Below are positions 59,865 through 64,000 of a stretch of 64,000 bases of DNA, one piece after another; the first letter of the stretch is position 1; every line of letters begins with the position of its first letter. The notes under the pieces are model-generated. The model was given only the letters and a program-made list of their open reading frames with translations, had not been told where the DNA came from and made no database searches. This DNA comes from Candidatus Bathyarchaeota archaeon (GTDB lineage: Archaea; Thermoproteota; Bathyarchaeia; Bathyarchaeales; Bathycorpusculaceae): the NCBI GenBank assembly GCA_963772455.1, contig CAVYXJ010000010.1, positions 96,001 through 160,000 on the forward strand, read 5' to 3'. The position numbers and the translations under genes are program-made.

Positions 59865-60539
59865 ATGGGCAGGCTTTGGGTAATTATTAGAAAAATTTTT
59901 AGTGTCTCCTTAGTCTTTAATGCCCTGTTGACAATCGGCTGTATAAGTGGTATTCTGGCAGGATTCTATTGGTACTACTATAATTGGCACCCCTTCTCAC
60001 CATACTTAATTAGTGGTAATCTGTTTTGGATTGTGATTGCAGCTGCTATCATCAACATTTTCCCAAGTGCTGGTCTTGGTCGCTCATTGCATACAGGTAG
60101 ATTTCTGTTCCACCACTACTTTTATGGCTTCATGGTCCTGGTTTGCGCCGTCGTCTACATTGTATTTTTTGCACAAATTTCACTTTTGACGATTTTTCTT
60201 GTTAATAACACAAGCGTCCAAGTTAATGTTGGTAGATTTTTTATTTTAGGAGGTGTAACGCTCATTTTGGATGACCTTCCTGATGTTCACACCAAGTTGG
60301 ATTCAGGTTTAAACTGGTTAAAATGTAAAGTTGGGAAAGGTGCCCGATTTGTTTCAGCGATTCAATTAGTTATAGGGGCAGTTTCTCTGTACGTTTTTTC
60401 TGCTGTAGTTCTTTCAGTTTATTCAACTCCCGAATATGTTACAGTTGCAAATTTGATGTTAATAGTCACTCTCTTTATCACAAGTGTAACCTCATTTATT
60501 TTCGTGAGAAGAAAAGTATGGTATAAAATTGGAGATTAG
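59865..60539 (+). CDS. Integral membrane protein with HH…DD motif
   Basis: About 6 TMs; FLFHHYFYG and LILDDLPD. Confidence 0.75.
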   Translation: MGRLWVIIRKIFSVSLVFNALLTIGCISGILAGFYWYYYNWHPFSPYLISGNLFWIVIAAAIINIFPSAGLGRSLHTGRFLFHHYFYGFMVLVCAVVYIVFFAQISLLTIFLVNNTSVQVNVGRFFILGGVTLILDDLPDVHTKLDSGLNWLKCKVGKGARFVSAIQLVIGAVSLYVFSAVVLSVYSTPEYVTVANLMLIVTLFITSVTSFIFVRRKVWYKIGD

Positions 60540-60631
60540 TCTTAATCAATTGTTATCTGATAATTGGTCGTTATTCTTGCAATAACAAATTTCATATACA
60601 AGCCCAATAATGTAAAACGAGGTGCACATTA

Positions 60632-61699
60632 ATGAGCGATTCATACTTCAAAAAGAAACTTGAACCAATCAAAGTTACAAAACAGAAACCAATTTCTCAA
60701 CTGCTAAAAGAAATGGGCAAAACCGCTTACCAAGGACGCAAACTTGGAGAAGCCGTTGACGTTTGGGAAAACATGATTAAAGAAAAAGATACCATAATCG
60801 CTTTGGGATTTGCAGGTTCAATGAGCACCGCAGGGCAATGGACAATAATTAATTGGTTAATCGAAAATCGTTTCATCGACGTACTAGTTTCAACTGGTGC
60901 TAACGTCTCAGAAGACATTGTTGACGCAATGGGCTTGGGTTACTATCAAGGTAGCCACATGGTAAACGATGAACAACTACTACATGATGACGTCAACCGA
61001 TACTACGATGTTTATGGAAAAGAAACAGATTATCGTAAAATGGAAGAAGTTGTTACCGATTTTGTTATGACTTGCAAACAGGATTACAATTACACTTCTG
61101 CAGAGTTTCTCTATTTGCTGGGCAAATATCTTGGCAAGAAAAAAATTCCTGCTATCTCCGCGGTTGCAGCAGCCAACGGCGTACCAATCTTCAGTCCAGC
61201 TATGGTTGACAGTGCTTACGGCGAAACATTCCTTTTAGCTAAAAACCAAGGACATAACGTTGTAATCGACTCAGTAAAAGAATTCGAACAGTTCGTCAGC
61301 ATAGGCACAAAAACCAAGGAAGTAGGCGTGGTCTACATCGGAGGCGGCGTTCCCAAAGATCTAACCCAGCTTATCGCCATCTCGGTTTCACCATTCACCT
61401 GCGATGAAGGAGTCAAAGGTAGAAAAGGTGGCTTACGCAAAGGACTGCAAGAATACTACTACCCCCACAAATACGCTATACAAATTACCACTGACTCTCC
61501 ACAATGGGGCGGCTTATCTGGTTGCACATTGGAGGAGGCTATTAGCTGGGGTAAAATCAACAGCCAAACCGGTACACGCGCAGTAGTTTACTGCGATGCA
61601 ACCATCGCATTGCCGCTTATTTGTCATGCATTGGCTGAACGTGTTCCAGAGAAACGGAAAGGGCCAGACATGAGCTGGCTATTCAAAGGCGTCCAATAA
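60632..61699 (+). CDS. Deoxyhypusine synthase-family protein, second type (possible homospermidine synthase)
   Basis: STGAN, GGGVPKD and WGGLSGCTLEEAISWGK motifs. Confidence 0.88.
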   Translation: MSDSYFKKKLEPIKVTKQKPISQLLKEMGKTAYQGRKLGEAVDVWENMIKEKDTIIALGFAGSMSTAGQWTIINWLIENRFIDVLVSTGANVSEDIVDAMGLGYYQGSHMVNDEQLLHDDVNRYYDVYGKETDYRKMEEVVTDFVMTCKQDYNYTSAEFLYLLGKYLGKKKIPAISAVAAANGVPIFSPAMVDSAYGETFLLAKNQGHNVVIDSVKEFEQFVSIGTKTKEVGVVYIGGGVPKDLTQLIAISVSPFTCDEGVKGRKGGLRKGLQEYYYPHKYAIQITTDSPQWGGLSGCTLEEAISWGKINSQTGTRAVVYCDATIALPLICHALAERVPEKRKGPDMSWLFKGVQ

Positions 61700-61719
61700 A
61701 CGCCCTAATTTTTCAATTT

Positions 61720-62676
61720 TTATTTCTTGTTTAACCTTGTGAGCAGCGAGCTTGTCATTATCGGCATTATTATTGTAGCGTCGCCTTCTATCATTATGCG
61801 TTTGGCTTTTTCGTTGATTTTTCCCCAAGAAACCGCTTCTCTTGGACGGGCGCCGCTGAGGCTACCGTCCCATTCGTCTGCGGTCGTAATATAGACAACA
61901 TAGTCTAATCCGTCTTTGAATTGGTTCCACCAAATCGTGTGATGTTTGCTGATTCCGCCTCCGACGATCAAGGCGCCGCTTTTTTTAGCGTCAAAAACGA
62001 TGTTGTTGAGGTCACCTTCGTCTTTAAGCAAGTTAATGCGAAAGTCTTTGTGATCTTGGCTAAAGAACCAGAGTTGATAACCTACTGCGCCATCGGTTAT
62101 GCCGGGAACAAATACTGGTATGTTGTGTTTGGCTGCCCAATAGAGAATTGAGGTTTCATCGCAGCATCGTAAACCAATTTCGCGTGAAAGCTCGCTTGTT
62201 GAAAGCTCCTTTTTGCCCTCTTTGTATAGCTCTTCAAGCAACCTGATTATTTGTTTCTCTAAAACTACACCATAACTGTCGTTTGGGACAAGTACGTTTC
62301 CAAGACGGTTTACTCCTTCTTGGTGAAGCTTGGAATCATTCATAATGAAACTACCTTTATAGTAGTCTCTGTAACAACGTGCTACATCGTGGTCCAGTGT
62401 TCCGCATGTGGTTATTATTACATCGACTAGTTTGTGTTTAACAAGTTCTCTGATTACGCCGCGGGTGCCAGTGGCTACAATGTCAGCTGTGAATGATAAA
62501 AATTTTACACATTCTTTGTCATTGATCATTGCTTCCATGATGTTGACGCCTGTAGCAAGCTTGCCTGCAGTGAAGCCCCACGCTGCATCCATCTGTGAAA
62601 CAAGCTCGTTAACAGTCAGTTCTTTTGAGAAATCGTAATCTTTCACTGGTACCTTATGTGATGTTTCTTTGTGCAT
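61720..62676 (-). CDS. dys: Deoxyhypusine synthase (canonical archaeal type)
   Basis: NRLGNV, GGGISKHH and WDGSLSGARPREAVSWGK motifs. Confidence 0.93.
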   Translation of the reverse strand: MHKETSHKVPVKDYDFSKELTVNELVSQMDAAWGFTAGKLATGVNIMEAMINDKECVKFLSFTADIVATGTRGVIRELVKHKLVDVIITTCGTLDHDVARCYRDYYKGSFIMNDSKLHQEGVNRLGNVLVPNDSYGVVLEKQIIRLLEELYKEGKKELSTSELSREIGLRCCDETSILYWAAKHNIPVFVPGITDGAVGYQLWFFSQDHKDFRINLLKDEGDLNNIVFDAKKSGALIVGGGISKHHTIWWNQFKDGLDYVVYITTADEWDGSLSGARPREAVSWGKINEKAKRIMIEGDATIIMPIMTSSLLTRLNKK

Positions 62677-62743
62677 CCCTATTTTCTCCTACTACATCTC
62701 TGATACCTGAAATTGAAATAAATAGGTGTCGAAAGGTGATTGC

Positions 62744-63634
62744 TTAGTATGATAGGTAATCGATAATTCGTTGATAGATGTCTTTATCCATTGAGTCTTC
62801 GTAGCCTGCATAGATGCTTGGGTTATCATTGATTTCTACAACCACGTAGTCTCCGTCGACTTCTTTGATGTCTACTCCATAGAGCCCTTTTCCTGCTACA
62901 CTGCATGCTTTAAGAGCCACTTCTCTGAGTCTTGCTGGCATATCTTTTTTCTCTGAGCTGACTGTTCTGCCCCAAACCACGGTAGGTTTTCCGCGAAGTT
63001 TAGCACCGTGTTTCCATTTGCCTTTTGGAATCATGTATTTGCAGACGTACAAAATATCGTTGTTTAATACGCCTACTCTCCAATCAAAACCCGTTGGAGT
63101 GAATTTTTGAATTGCCAACACATCCGATTTTTTAAAGAATCTTTTGGCGATATCCCTGAAACTGGTTTCGCAAGCAGCCTTCTCGACGTAACGTGAAAAA
63201 CTTGTGTAGGGTGCTTTAATGACGACGGGTTTGCCGAGTTCGTCGAAGATTTCTCTGATTTTTTTATGGTGTAAATCGTCTTTGTTTAGGAAAACGGTTG
63301 GGATGCGGGGGACGTCGTATTTTTCGAAGAGTGCATATTGGTGGATTTTGTTGCCGCAGATTTTGATGGATTCTGGGTCGTCGACTACTTTTAAGCCCAG
63401 TTCCCAAGCAGTTTTTGAAACAATGTATGAAGTAAAGAGTGGGTCTGTGGTTGCTCTGATAAAGACAGCGTCGTAATTTGGAATGTCTTCGATGTTTTCG
63501 CGGAAAAGAAAATTAAATTCGTTTCCTGATCGTTCAGCAGCTAGCTTAAAGTTTTGAAGAGCGGCTTCCTCTCTGTGGTCAGTAAAATTATATTTTTCAA
63601 CAAAGCAAGCGATCTTAGACACCGATATGTTCAC
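62744..63634 (-). CDS. RimK-like ATP-grasp ligase (RLAN-associated type)
   Basis: DAVFIRATT…VDDPESIKICGNK, DWRVGVL, YGVDIK and EINDNP motifs. Confidence 0.9.
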   Translation of the reverse strand: MNISVSKIACFVEKYNFTDHREEAALQNFKLAAERSGNEFNFLFRENIEDIPNYDAVFIRATTDPLFTSYIVSKTAWELGLKVVDDPESIKICGNKIHQYALFEKYDVPRIPTVFLNKDDLHHKKIREIFDELGKPVVIKAPYTSFSRYVEKAACETSFRDIAKRFFKKSDVLAIQKFTPTGFDWRVGVLNNDILYVCKYMIPKGKWKHGAKLRGKPTVVWGRTVSSEKKDMPARLREVALKACSVAGKGLYGVDIKEVDGDYVVVEINDNPSIYAGYEDSMDKDIYQRIIDYLSY

Positions 63635-63998
63635 CCTGCTGAGAAATCAGCATAATCTCCTTCGAGATTAACTCTAAATCATTCTTAGATAGCTCAGTTT
63701 CTTTCATTGGTTCAAGACCACACAGGAACGCTTTTCCTTCTGTTTTTTGAACATGAACTTTACAGATGGGAATCTTGAAGAGTTCATAAACCTTTTCCGT
63801 GATAGCGCTAATTTGCTCATCCTCGATTTGGGATTTGCCCAAAAACGATTTGACTGTAAACATTTCGCCAGTTAGAGGTTGAGCGCAAACAGTAAATTTA
63901 TAGTTCATCCCCAAACTTTTTGTTGCCCGATATAAGGCGCTCTTGTTTTTAGCGACTTGATAACCTTCATAAATGAATGGGTTAACTGCAAAAACCAC
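63615..63998 (-). CDS. Probable RLAN (RimK-like ATP-grasp N-terminal) domain protein, 5'-truncated by window
   Basis: Overlaps the ATP-grasp start. Pattern 'FLG…KVYELFKIPICKV' resembles the N-terminal region of fused RLAN-ATP-grasp proteins. Confidence 0.55.
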   Translation of the reverse strand: MVFAVNPFIYEGYQVAKNKSALYRATKSLGMNYKFTVCAQPLTGEMFTVKSFLGKSQIEDEQISAITEKVYELFKIPICKVHVQKTEGKAFLCGLEPMKETELSKNDLELISKEIMLISQQGEHIGV

Positions 63999-64000
63999 GA

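Noticed and set aside
1-64000. CRISPR arrays, IS elements, provirus, rRNA, replication-origin ORB boxes
   Set aside because: No regularly spaced repeats, transposase, integrase, capsid, rRNA-like segment, cdc6 or ORB consensus was seen by eye.

Overview
Archaeal chromosomal core region, most likely Bathyarchaeia/TACK (inferred from PolD DP2 together with Gins15+Gins23, Nop10, Sec61beta, fused GuaA, frequent GTG/TTG starts and GGTGA/GGAG Shine-Dalgarno motifs). About 70 CDS. Replication: polC, pcn, priL, priS, gins15, gins23, mcm, rfcS/L. Transcription: rpoF/L/P, TFS. Translation and RNA processing: aIF5A, SRP54, L21e, L10e, L44e, S27e, Nop10, KsgA, Pus10, Taw1, Trm5, Trm11, Trm112, Csl4, Nob1, ArgRS. 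Metabolism: ppsA, gdhA, guaA, cysK/cysE, NDP-sugar genes. One tRNA-Leu(GAG). No CRISPR, IS, integrase or intein was seen. Best observations: (1) the aIF2-alpha slot between rps27e and nop10 holds only a 38-codon remnant that resembles fused N- and C-termini; (2) an unannotated double-guide box C/D sRNA between aIF5A and SRP54 whose guides fit the 23S peptidyl-transferase region; (3) a polyprenol-P-sugar synthase plus GT-C pair inserted between priL and priS, close to an archaeosortase (possible glycolipid-anchoring system); (4) a convergent pair of different deoxyhypusine-synthase-family genes; (5) a full-length nucleotide-sugar dehydrogenase lacking its catalytic motifs; (6) a frameshifted Trm5-family gene. 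All family calls come from motif recognition only; no searches were run.
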